Shown piece after piece: positions 46,655-56,160 of a stretch of 64,000 nucleotides of DNA (within the stretch, counting starts at the first letter, position 1; every line of letters begins with the position of its first letter). The stretch lies in NCBI GenBank assembly GCA_965207845.1, contig CBDBNU010000003.1, forward strand, positions 1,385,862-1,449,861. Reading direction: 5' to 3'. Below the pieces are notes generated by a model. The model saw nothing but the letters and a program-made list of their open reading frames with translations. It did no database searches and was not told the DNA's origin. The position numbers were made by a program, and so were the translations under genes. This DNA comes from Dehalococcoidia bacterium (GTDB taxonomy: Bacteria > Chloroflexota > Dehalococcoidia > Lucifugimonadales > GCA-2712585).

Positions 46655-49225
46655 ATGAAAACGAACTGGATAAAGAGAATATTTGGAGAAAAAGAAGAAA
46701 ACCCCGTTAAGCTCCTTGCTGTGACGCCTCCCCGCAAGGGGAAGCGCACCATGGTGGGGGTGGAGAACATGCTCGGCACCCTGGCTTTGCCAGAACCCTT
46801 CTCCCTGGAGATAGCAGGCGACGTGGACGGGGTGACCCTCATGGCCAGGTGCCGGAGCCGGTCCATGGTGAAGCAGCAGCTGGAGGCCCTCTACCCCCAG
46901 GCCCTCATCAACGAGGTGTCGCCTACTGAGGATCCCCTCAGAATGGAAGGGGGAGAGCAAGCCTGGTCAACTGCATTGAGGATCGAAGGGCCCGAGTATG
47001 TGCCCCTGAGGGTCTTCGGGGACGACGACCTGGTGGTTCAGGAGTCGGACCCGCTTATACCCCTCATAGGTTCCATGGCGAATCTACAGCAGGGAGAGAG
47101 GCTGGTGGCTAGACTCCACCTGACCTCCCTGGGCCACGACTGGGCCCAGGCGCACCAGAGCAAGCTGTACAACGGACAACAGCAACACTATCCCACTGAA
47201 TCCCCCCAGACCCAGGACGCGAAGCGCCACAGCAGCGAGGGTGTGCGCATGATCGTCATGGGGATTGGAGCAGCGGCAATCCTCCGGGGCTACTTCTGGG
47301 TGCGCCAGGGGGAGACGTGGAAGGCAATCCTGCTGGGAGCGGGCATAGTGGCAGGGGGAATCCTGGCGGGCTGGGCCTGGCATCGGTGGAAGAAGGCCCG
47401 CAACCGGCCCTACGACCCCCTGCTCATCAAGGACAAGCTCTCCCGGCTGGCCTTTTCAGCCCACCTGGAAGTCACAGCCATCCTGTCGGAGCACGGTACC
47501 GAGGAACGGGCGAAGGCGATGCTTGACACCGTCACGGCGGCCTATCGCCACTACGACAATGCCGCCGGCGCCCACTTCAAGCCGGGCAAGGTGAAGGAGG
47601 TGGTACAGATAGTGGATGGCCTTCATCCACCGCCCAGAGGGCTGCTGAGCAGCCGAAACGTCCTGGGTGTGAGGGAGGTGGCTACGTTGTGGCACCCGCC
47701 GGGAGAAGGATACGACATGCCCCTGGTGGCCCGCTCCGGTGCAAAAGCCCTCATGCCCACCGCCAAGGGGGTCAAGAAGGGAGCGCTGGTGGGGGAGAGC
47801 ACTGCGAGAAAAGGACGAGAAGTTCGCTTCCCGGACGACCTGCTGAAGCGTCACCACCTCTACGTGGCACGCACCCGCATGGGCAAATCCACCCTCATGC
47901 ACCACATAATAGTCCACAAGATGAGGGAGAGGGCGGCGGGAAGGAGCAGGGACGCCATCGTGGTGGTGGACCCCCACGCCGACCTGGTGAACTCCCTGCT
48001 AGAGCACGTGCCCCCAGAGCTTGCGGACAAGGTGCGGCTCATAGACCTGGCCGACGAGGAGAGGATACCGGGCATTAACCTGCTGGACACCAGGGTATTC
48101 AGCGACAGGGACCGCCCCGCCGACTCGGTGGTTCACATAGCCAGGGGCCTGTGGGACCAGTGGGGTCCCAGGATGCAATCTATCCTGGAGCATTCGATCA
48201 AGACCCTCCACGAGGCCAACGAGAGCATGGACCCAGAGGAACAGTACACCATACTGGACGGATTGAAGCTGCTCTCGAACGAGGCCTTCCGCTCCGAGGT
48301 GCTGCAGAAGATAGATGACTTCTACATCCTCCAGTGGTGGGCCAACACCTTCGCTGGTTGGAGCCGGGACTACAAGGCCGACTCCCTAGCCCCGGTGCAG
48401 ACCCGGCTCTCCTACTACGCCTCATCGAAGAGGGCCAGGGCTATCCTGGGTCAGTCCCGCTCCACCATAGACATCAGGAAGACAATCCAGGAGGGTGGTG
48501 TCCTGCTGGCATCCACCTCCCAGGCCACGGCGGGCAGAGACGTGGCAGCCCTCGTGGGGTCCTCATTGCTCAACCTAGTGGACGCCGTCATCAGGGAGCA
48601 GGGTATTTTGCCCCCAGAAGAGAGGCGGGGAGCCCTCGTAGTGGTAGACGAGATGCAGTCCATGCCCGGGGTGGACTACGAGTCCATGCTGTCGGAACTG
48701 GGTAAGTTCGGAGCCTCCTTCATCCTTGCCACCCAGAGCCTAGCCAGACTTCAGGATATTTCCCCCTCTCTCCAGGACTCCCTGCTGGCCAATATGGGTT
48801 GTCTTGCCGTATTTCAGATGGCCGCCTCCGACGCCCGTGAACTGGTGTGGGAGCTGGACCGGGACCGGGTGACGGAAGAGGACGTGACCTCCTTGCCGGT
48901 GCACCACTGCTACGTGAGGGCCACGGTGGGGAAGGAGAGGATGCCCACCTTCTCCATGGCGGTGAAGAAGCCGGAGGAGGGAGACCCGGCAATGGCGGCT
49001 AAGGTACGGGAGGCAGTAAGAGAGTACACCGTTTCAGGCCAGAGCATTGCCGATAAGGAAGTCGAGGCTGCCAAGCTGATGGATGACTTCAAGAAGGGCC
49101 TGGACGAACTGAAGGGCAGGAAGGCGAAGCCGCAGAATGGGAAAAAGCCCAAGGGTCGCCGGCGACGAAATCGGAAGCGGTCAGACGGGGGGCCGCAACC
49201 CTCAAATGGGGAAAGGCCTGGATAA
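46655..49225 (+). CDS. FtsK/HerA/TraD-like P-loop ATPase with 2 TM helices (type IV coupling protein-like)
   Basis: 856-aa ORF. TM pair VRMIVMGIGAAAILRGYFWV / ILLGAGIVAGGILAGWAW, Walker A TRMGKSTLM, Walker B ALVVVDEMQSM, FILATQSLARL. Confidence 0.7.
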   Translation: MKTNWIKRIFGEKEENPVKLLAVTPPRKGKRTMVGVENMLGTLALPEPFSLEIAGDVDGVTLMARCRSRSMVKQQLEALYPQALINEVSPTEDPLRMEGGEQAWSTALRIEGPEYVPLRVFGDDDLVVQESDPLIPLIGSMANLQQGERLVARLHLTSLGHDWAQAHQSKLYNGQQQHYPTESPQTQDAKRHSSEGVRMIVMGIGAAAILRGYFWVRQGETWKAILLGAGIVAGGILAGWAWHRWKKARNRPYDPLLIKDKLSRLAFSAHLEVTAILSEHGTEERAKAMLDTVTAAYRHYDNAAGAHFKPGKVKEVVQIVDGLHPPPRGLLSSRNVLGVREVATLWHPPGEGYDMPLVARSGAKALMPTAKGVKKGALVGESTARKGREVRFPDDLLKRHHLYVARTRMGKSTLMHHIIVHKMRERAAGRSRDAIVVVDPHADLVNSLLEHVPPELADKVRLIDLADEERIPGINLLDTRVFSDRDRPADSVVHIARGLWDQWGPRMQSILEHSIKTLHEANESMDPEEQYTILDGLKLLSNEAFRSEVLQKIDDFYILQWWANTFAGWSRDYKADSLAPVQTRLSYYASSKRARAILGQSRSTIDIRKTIQEGGVLLASTSQATAGRDVAALVGSSLLNLVDAVIREQGILPPEERRGALVVVDEMQSMPGVDYESMLSELGKFGASFILATQSLARLQDISPSLQDSLLANMGCLAVFQMAASDARELVWELDRDRVTEEDVTSLPVHHCYVRATVGKERMPTFSMAVKKPEEGDPAMAAKVREAVREYTVSGQSIADKEVEAAKLMDDFKKGLDELKGRKAKPQNGKKPKGRRRRNRKRSDGGPQPSNGERPG

Positions 49226-49226
49226 G

Positions 49227-50885
49227 ATGAGATCGGAAGAAAGGGATACGGATATCCTGGAGAAGCTGGCTGCCATGCCGTTCTTGGACAGGCTGGAGCT
49301 GGCCGCCGTCTGTGATGTGTCGGAGGGTTTGGCCCACAACGCTTTGGCCAGCCTGAGGGGTCAGGGACTCGTCGGCTTCGTGAAACACAGATCTCCACTG
49401 ACCTCCACGACACGACGGTACTACGTCGCCGCAGAGGGAGTAAAGCGGCTCGCCGCAGAGGGGACCACTAGCCAAAGGAAGGTGCTTCGCGAGTACTCGG
49501 TGTCGGCTCAGTGGCAGCGGCTTCTGCTGGAGCGTCTCGACGCCGTGGTGGTCATCTACCGGCTGGCGTCCGCGATGGCCGCCGTCACAGGGTCCCTACA
49601 GATTCGGTGGTATCGTAACGGGCCCTTGGACTGCGTCATCATCCTATCCGACGGTCTCACAGTCGGTGTTGTAAGGAGGGGCCTCACAGCCGACGAGACC
49701 AGTTTCAATAAGCGGCTGTGGCGACTTCTGGGTACGGACCGGCCGGTGCCGGGTGCCCTGCTCGTCATGTTGCCCGACGATGTGCGGCTCCGTCGAGCCA
49801 GAAGGCGGTTGGCGCAGACTTCCCTGCCCGTATACCTGTCTTTGGAGGAGGATGTGGCTCAGGCGGATGCCGACTCGGAGGTCTGGCGTCTGCCATCCTT
49901 TTCCAACAGGCTGAACCTCAGGTACATCCTGTCCCGTGTGCCGCAGCGAGGAAGGATTCCCGACGAGAGGGTGGCGAAGAAGGCGTCGCTTCCGATGGAC
50001 CAGAAGGCTTCAAAGCCTCCGGCTGAAGTCAAGGTATGCATGCTATCAACGATTCTCAGGGCCGCTGAGAAACGCATGCTGGATTACCTCTTCCAGTGGC
50101 CTTTGGCCACAGTTCGGGAATTGGCAGGTATGCTGGGCGTTTCCCATGCCCGCATTTACCAAGCCACAACCAACTTGTCCAGGTATGGCTTGGTGTCTAA
50201 GCCGGGCATCAATGGCAGACGTGGGCTTGCTCTCAGTGACAGGGGATTGGCCTTACTGGCGAGGAGGGACAGGACCTCGGTCTCCGCCATCCTGAAGCGG
50301 TGGAGCGTAGCTTCCGAGAATGGCGCGGACATCGCATCCTGGCGTGACGTGACCGGGAAGCGAATCCGACATCTGTCGAGACTCGTTGATCACACCGGCG
50401 CGGTGTATCGGTTCATGGCGGCCCTGGTTCACCAGGCCAAGATTAGGAAGGGGATTCGTGTATTGCAAATATCCCCGGCGGACCATGCCGCCCGATACTT
50501 CCGGCATGGGGGTCTCCTGCGATCTGTGCATCCAGACGCCTTCGGCGTGGTTCAAAGGGGAGATAGGCGGTGTCCGTTCTTCCTAGAGTGGGAGCGCAGG
50601 GCGGTGAGACCAAGCACAATGTCGGCCCGGCTTGCCCCGTATCTCCGGTACTACTACACTCACAATCCCCAAGACGATCACGGGACAACTCCCCTGGTGC
50701 TGATTGTCTTCGATGACTACCTGGTGGAGGCGAACTTCCTTGGTGTCGCACGAAGGGAGATGGCAAGGACGGGGGTCAATCTGCCGCTGTGGGTATCCCA
50801 CAAGGAGATGATTGAGAAAGAGGGGCCCCTGGGTAAGGCCTGGCGCAATCCAGACGTGCTTGCTCCAACCCCCATTTTTCACTAA
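49227..50885 (+). CDS. replication-relaxation family protein (two winged-helix modules)
   Basis: ATG lies 1 nt after the T4CP stop. DILEKLAAMPFLDRLELAAV...LRGQGLV and MLDYLFQWPLATVRELAGML...YGLV. C-terminal HPDAFGVV...FFLEWERR is typical of Replic_Relax. Confidence 0.6.
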   Translation: MRSEERDTDILEKLAAMPFLDRLELAAVCDVSEGLAHNALASLRGQGLVGFVKHRSPLTSTTRRYYVAAEGVKRLAAEGTTSQRKVLREYSVSAQWQRLLLERLDAVVVIYRLASAMAAVTGSLQIRWYRNGPLDCVIILSDGLTVGVVRRGLTADETSFNKRLWRLLGTDRPVPGALLVMLPDDVRLRRARRRLAQTSLPVYLSLEEDVAQADADSEVWRLPSFSNRLNLRYILSRVPQRGRIPDERVAKKASLPMDQKASKPPAEVKVCMLSTILRAAEKRMLDYLFQWPLATVRELAGMLGVSHARIYQATTNLSRYGLVSKPGINGRRGLALSDRGLALLARRDRTSVSAILKRWSVASENGADIASWRDVTGKRIRHLSRLVDHTGAVYRFMAALVHQAKIRKGIRVLQISPADHAARYFRHGGLLRSVHPDAFGVVQRGDRRCPFFLEWERRAVRPSTMSARLAPYLRYYYTHNPQDDHGTTPLVLIVFDDYLVEANFLGVARREMARTGVNLPLWVSHKEMIEKEGPLGKAWRNPDVLAPTPIFH

Positions 50886-51103
50886 TCTGGTAGTTACCGA
50901 GAAATCCCCAGGCATCAATTTCGACAGAAGGCTACGCCGTCAATCGTTAGAGAGACTCTTCGATTCCAACTCAAGTAGATTCTGCTTCCCGGAGAATAGA
51001 CGCTTTCTTGTTGCAGTGGGCCAGAGTGAGAAAAATTGGAAGCGTTTCTGGACGAGCAAGACAGCTAACCTCAAAACAATGAAAGTAGAAAAGGGAGGAC
51101 GCT

Positions 51104-52861
51104 TTGTATCAGACCGGCGATACAATTAAGAAGACACTAGATGAAATTCATAGGCATGATCTAGTTTTGCCAGCCATCCAGCGCGAATTTGTATGGCGAC
51201 CGGAGCAGATATGTCGATTGTTTGATAGTCTCATGCAAGGCTATCCCTTCGGCACATTTCTTTACTGGCGCGTCGATCCGGAAAACAGCGGCAAGTTCAA
51301 GTTCTTTGATTTTGTTCTTAATTATCACCAGCGTGACAACCCACACTGCCCTCCATTGCCTCCAATGCCGAACCGTCACCTGACTGCCGTACTCGATGGT
51401 CAACAACGGCTGACTGCTCTCAATATCGGACTCAGAGGGAGTATCGCCCGCAAACTGCCATATAGGTGGTGGAACACTCCCGGCGCATTTCCCACCAGGC
51501 GGCTATGTCTGGATCTCCTCTGGCAACCCGACGAAGACGACGAAGAAGGATTGAGATATCGATTCAGCTTCCTAACCGATGAGCAATCCAGTGTTTCCCA
51601 AGAGGGAGTCTGTTGGTTTCCTGTCGGGCAAGTGATGTTTCTGCAGAATGCAGGACCTGCCATGACTCAGTGGCTCAACGATCGACTTCCACAGGAACAA
51701 GTGACGCCTGCCCACGAAACACTCTATGAGTTGTATCAAGTCATCCACAATAAGCATCTCGTTGCGTACTATGAAGAAACCGGCCAGGAACTGGACAAAG
51801 CTCTCCAGATCTTCATTCGAATGAACGACGGCGGCACGCCCCTTTCCCATTCCGACTTGCTCTTATCAATTGCTGTGGCGCAATGGACTGATCACGACGC
51901 CCGGCAAGAGATTCATGATCTGGTAGACGAACTCAATCGCTTGGGAACTGGTTTTACGTTCTCGAAAGACCTCGTTCTAAAGGCCGGTCTTATGTTGAGT
52001 GACATTGGTAGGGTCGGATTCAAGGTCGATAATTTCAACCGAGAGAACATGGACACGTTTGAGAGGAAATGGGAAGACATCAAACAGGCTCTCATTCTGA
52101 CTGTTCAGCTCGTTGCTTCCTTCGGATTCACAGGCCGTAACTTGACGGCACACAACGCAATTCTGCCGATAGCATACTACCTCTACATCAAGAATCCGGG
52201 AGATTCTTTTCTTTCACACAGCAGGTTTGAGCAGGACAGACGTGAGATTCGTGAATGGCTTATCAGAAGCCTGCTGAAATCCGGTGTGTGGGGCAGCGGT
52301 CTAGACACACTATTGACTGACTTGAGGCGTGCCATTAGAGAGAGTGATGACAGCACTTTCCCAACTTCAAGAATCCTGGATGCGATGTCTCGTCGAGGGA
52401 GACAGCTCCTCTTTGATAATGAAGAGATCGAGGACCTAGCGGATATGCGGTTCGGAGACAGACTGACGTTTGCTCTGCTATCTTTGCTATTTCCTTTCGT
52501 AGATCTACGTAATCAGTTTCATCTGGACCACATCTTTCCGGCGTCCAGATTCACAGATGGTAAACTTAGGGACGTAGGCGTTTCCGAAGAAAAAATAGCA
52601 ACATTCAAAAGGCAAAAAGATGGTCTGGCCAACCTTCAGCTCCTACAGGGACCCTTGAATACGGAGAAGAGCGCCGCGATGCCGGACAAGTGGTTGTCCG
52701 ATACGTTTCCTAACGACGTTTCCAGAAGTGAATATGAGCAACTTCATCTACTTGGGAACGTGCCTAGCTCCATCTGTGAATTCGACGTCTTCTACGATGC
52801 GCGAAGAAATCGATTGAAGGAAAGGATTGTACGACTACTAGGGAGACAATCTTCCATCTGA
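51104..52861 (+). CDS. GmrSD-type (DUF262 + DUF1524) type IV restriction endonuclease
   Basis: 585-aa ORF. LPAIQREFVW, LDGQQRLTAL (DUF262/ParB-like), C-terminal HLDHIFPAS...N (His-Me/DUF1524). Confidence 0.85.
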   Translation: MYQTGDTIKKTLDEIHRHDLVLPAIQREFVWRPEQICRLFDSLMQGYPFGTFLYWRVDPENSGKFKFFDFVLNYHQRDNPHCPPLPPMPNRHLTAVLDGQQRLTALNIGLRGSIARKLPYRWWNTPGAFPTRRLCLDLLWQPDEDDEEGLRYRFSFLTDEQSSVSQEGVCWFPVGQVMFLQNAGPAMTQWLNDRLPQEQVTPAHETLYELYQVIHNKHLVAYYEETGQELDKALQIFIRMNDGGTPLSHSDLLLSIAVAQWTDHDARQEIHDLVDELNRLGTGFTFSKDLVLKAGLMLSDIGRVGFKVDNFNRENMDTFERKWEDIKQALILTVQLVASFGFTGRNLTAHNAILPIAYYLYIKNPGDSFLSHSRFEQDRREIREWLIRSLLKSGVWGSGLDTLLTDLRRAIRESDDSTFPTSRILDAMSRRGRQLLFDNEEIEDLADMRFGDRLTFALLSLLFPFVDLRNQFHLDHIFPASRFTDGKLRDVGVSEEKIATFKRQKDGLANLQLLQGPLNTEKSAAMPDKWLSDTFPNDVSRSEYEQLHLLGNVPSSICEFDVFYDARRNRLKERIVRLLGRQSSI

Positions 52862-53320
52862 TTCTCGTTGCAACCAATTGATGTGGGGCTTGGCTTAGAC
52901 ACCCACAAGACTTGAAGAAGACGTAGGGCTGTACAGTCCACGTCCGCTCAGTCCATTTAGCTTTCCGTATGTGAGGCAGAGCAAGTATGGATTCCGGGTG
53001 ATCGAAGTACGAGCATTCACGAGGGCGGAACAAGAACCTCCAACGAGTCTTGCCTTTCGCGGCCGAACTGTGAACACTCCTCAGCCAGTGCACAACATCA
53101 ACTAAATGGATCAGTTAGGGTACAAGCAAGAGTCATTTGAATCAGTCTAGTTATGTGCCCTCCACCTGTTTGGCAACATTATCTGGGAGCTATGGACTTG
53201 GTACGTGTCACCAAGGTTATCCCATCACCGGATGAACTCTAGAGGTTCGGCGGTTCGTAAGGTGAGCTTTCTATTTCAACAGCACTGTTGATTTCTACTA
53301 CTATTCTGTTGTACACTAGT

Positions 53321-54001
53321 ATGATGGTGCCGGCGAAGTCTAAAGGTTACAAATTCAGTCCGGGAAGTATAGTCGCCCTGAGGCACCGCTTGGGACTTAC
53401 TCAGATACAGATGGCTGGTAGACTAGGCATTCCTCAGAATTCTCTGTCTCGCTGGGAGACGGGCGCGACGACGCCGGACGCCAAGTCGCTAGCTGCGATT
53501 TATTCGGTGGGTGCAGAGGAAGGAATCATGCCCGAATTTTTCGCGAATTCGACTGTAAAGGAACCTACACAGGTAAGGGACAATGTCATTGTCTATTGGG
53601 ACATCCAAAACTTAGCACCAACCATCCATGACATTGAAGACTTGCACACTTTCATCAGGTCGGAGATTCGACGCCGAGTGCCACGTGCCAAGAGAATATT
53701 GCTGAAGGCATTCGCTAGCCCATTCCATGAACTCGCTACTAACCAGCTACAGCGGAAGGGTTGGCGAGTGTGGGAGGATTATGGGGAATGGGACGAGGAG
53801 ATCTACGATCAAGCCCTCAGCGACGCAGGACAGTCTCCCAAGCAAGCAGTTGTATTCCTCATTACCACCGATGGGAACCACTCTGACACAGTGCAGGAAC
53901 TCCGGCGCCGGAGTGTACGAGTGTACCTTATCGCCCCTCCCAGTGCGAGCCAAGCCTTAAAGGATGCAGTTGGAATCAAGAGATGGATTCGCCTACCATA
54001 G
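53321..54001 (+). CDS. XRE-type HTH fused to a NYN/LabA-like domain
   Basis: LGLTQIQMAGRLGIPQNSLSRWETG (HTH). VIVYWDIQNL and VVFLITTDGNHSDTVQELRRRSVRVYLI resemble NYN motifs. The ORF track start is 53288. Confidence 0.6.
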   Translation: MMVPAKSKGYKFSPGSIVALRHRLGLTQIQMAGRLGIPQNSLSRWETGATTPDAKSLAAIYSVGAEEGIMPEFFANSTVKEPTQVRDNVIVYWDIQNLAPTIHDIEDLHTFIRSEIRRRVPRAKRILLKAFASPFHELATNQLQRKGWRVWEDYGEWDEEIYDQALSDAGQSPKQAVVFLITTDGNHSDTVQELRRRSVRVYLIAPPSASQALKDAVGIKRWIRLP

Positions 54002-54090
54002 GAAGGACCTGCACTATTCGCAAATTTTCTAGAATGGTAGATTGCATGCCCCAATTTCACCAGTCTCGAAGCAACATATGAGGTTAAGAC

Positions 54091-54567
54091 GTGAAGCCCT
54101 TTGAGGAATATCCAGAAGGTGGATACACGATCTTACCTACTCTGAAGGGTAGCAATGCCCGAAAGGAGTACGGCCACTGGCTGGTTAAACGCGGCCAAAC
54201 GTCGTGTGCTTATTGCGCCGTTAGTTTTATTGATAGATACGAGCACTGGCTGCTCCTAACAGTGGACCACGTGATTCCGGTTTCCGACAAGGATAGGAAG
54301 AATGGACACCGACTCGGACTCAAGAAGAGTTGGCACGAATCCTACAGCAACATTGTCCTGGCTTGCTCCGGTTGTAATGGGTTCAGAAATCGCTACGAGA
54401 TTGGATGGCAGGGACACAAAGAATCCTGGAGTGAATCCGAATTCTTTGAGTTGAGGGATAGAGTTTTCAAGGAGAAGTCTTCCTTGATTGAGGAGGCTAG
54501 GAAAGCCGAAATCGCCTTCTTTAGGAAGCATGTAGAATCCTCTGCCCGAATTCCAGATTCATTATAG
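54091..54567 (+). CDS. HNH endonuclease
   Basis: 158-aa ORF. CAYC...TVDHVIPVS...NIVLACSGCNGFR. Confidence 0.75.
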   Translation: MKPFEEYPEGGYTILPTLKGSNARKEYGHWLVKRGQTSCAYCAVSFIDRYEHWLLLTVDHVIPVSDKDRKNGHRLGLKKSWHESYSNIVLACSGCNGFRNRYEIGWQGHKESWSESEFFELRDRVFKEKSSLIEEARKAEIAFFRKHVESSARIPDSL

Positions 54568-54588
54568 TCAATACCTAAGGAGACCGAT

Positions 54589-56160
54589 TTGAAAAAACAA
54601 CTACATCCACCCACACCAGCCGCGCTCTACGCCAGGGTGTCCACTGACCGGCAGGATATCGACCTGTCCGTCGCCGCCCAACTTAGGGCGCTGAACGACT
54701 TCGCCAAGAAGAACAACTACTCCGTAGCCCGCCAGTACGTGGACGAAGCCGAAAGCGGACGCGTCGCAGACAGGCCCCAGTTTCGCAAGATGATCGAAGA
54801 GGGGTCCCAGCCCAATTCTCCCTTTCAGGTCATCCTTGTCTGGAAATTCTCCAGGTTCACCCGCAAGCGCGAACACGCCGTCGCCTTCAAGTCCATGCTA
54901 AGACGCAAAGGCATACGCGTAGTCTCAATCACAGAGCAGGCTGACGACACTCCCACCGGAAGACTCCTTGAGGCCATTATCGAGAGCGTGGACGAATTCT
55001 ACAGCGAGAATCTGGCCCAGGAAGTGACTCGTGGAATGAGGGAGTCGGCGTCCAGGGGATTCTTCCTAGCCTCAAGGGCTCCCTTCGGATACAAACGGGT
55101 CAAGGTTAAGGACGGAGCCAAGGAACGTCCCACCCTGGAGGTGGACCCTGCCGCAGCCTCCGTGGTGAAAGAGATCTTCCAGAGTTCCCTCATGGGCGCT
55201 GGCTTGAAGGAAATCTGCAAACAGCTGAATGCGAGGGGTATCACCAATAGGGGCAGACGCTGGCACAAGAGCAGCCTTGCTTATCTACTCAGGAACGAGG
55301 CCTACACCGGCACTGCCGTATGGGGCCGGACCACCAAGGGGAAGAAGGCTTCAGATCCTGTACGGGTGGATGATGCCTGGCCTGGCCTGGTATCCAGAGA
55401 GGTGTTCGACGCCGTACAGCAGACCATGAGGAGCCGGGCGCCCAACGTGCAGAGGCCTGGCAGGGTAGGAAGCACCTACCTGCTGAGCGGACTACTGAAG
55501 TGTGGGCTGTGCGGCAGGGCCTACATAGGCCAGAAGGCCAAGGGTGGCCAGTTCGCCTATTATATCTGTGGGACTCTTTACAGGGACGGAGCGGGGACCT
55601 GCGAGGCCCGCTACCTGAACGCCACCAGGGTGGAGGACTTCATCGTTGAGAAGATCAGGGAGAGAATCCTGACGGAGGAGACCATTGTAGAGCTTGTGAC
55701 ACTCGTAGCAGAGGAGATAGACGCCATGGCTGGGAAGTTGGCCGGTAGAGTGGAGGTGATAGAGGGAGAACTCGCCGACGTGAGGAAGCGTCTTGGGAGA
55801 CTCTACGAAGCGCTGGAGACCAGTGACCTGACCCTGGAAGTTCTTTCCCCTCGTATCTTCTCCCTTAGGCATCGCGAGGAGCAGCTGGAAGCTGCGCTAG
55901 ACGACGCTGTACGCCAGTTGGAGCAGAGAAGGATTGAGCTACCCACCACCGAGGAGATGAAGGTGTACGTGGCGGACTTGGGGGAGTTCCTGAAAGAGGG
56001 GACGATACCTGAGCGGAAGGCGCTCATCCGCAACTTCGTAGAGGACATCAAGGTGGTGGGAGATGAGGCCACTTTGACCTACACGATCCCCATGCCCAAG
56101 GGTGGGATTAGCCAAGAATCGGCCCCAGTTCTAGATTTTGTCCAGTCAGGCCCACCATAA
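54589..56160 (+). CDS. large serine recombinase (LSR1)
   Basis: 523-aa ORF. ALYARVSTDRQDIDLSVAAQ (catalytic Ser), resolvase + recombinase + zinc-ribbon (CGLCGRAY...YYICG) + coiled-coil. Confidence 0.9.
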   Translation: MKKQLHPPTPAALYARVSTDRQDIDLSVAAQLRALNDFAKKNNYSVARQYVDEAESGRVADRPQFRKMIEEGSQPNSPFQVILVWKFSRFTRKREHAVAFKSMLRRKGIRVVSITEQADDTPTGRLLEAIIESVDEFYSENLAQEVTRGMRESASRGFFLASRAPFGYKRVKVKDGAKERPTLEVDPAAASVVKEIFQSSLMGAGLKEICKQLNARGITNRGRRWHKSSLAYLLRNEAYTGTAVWGRTTKGKKASDPVRVDDAWPGLVSREVFDAVQQTMRSRAPNVQRPGRVGSTYLLSGLLKCGLCGRAYIGQKAKGGQFAYYICGTLYRDGAGTCEARYLNATRVEDFIVEKIRERILTEETIVELVTLVAEEIDAMAGKLAGRVEVIEGELADVRKRLGRLYEALETSDLTLEVLSPRIFSLRHREEQLEAALDDAVRQLEQRRIELPTTEEMKVYVADLGEFLKEGTIPERKALIRNFVEDIKVVGDEATLTYTIPMPKGGISQESAPVLDFVQSGPP

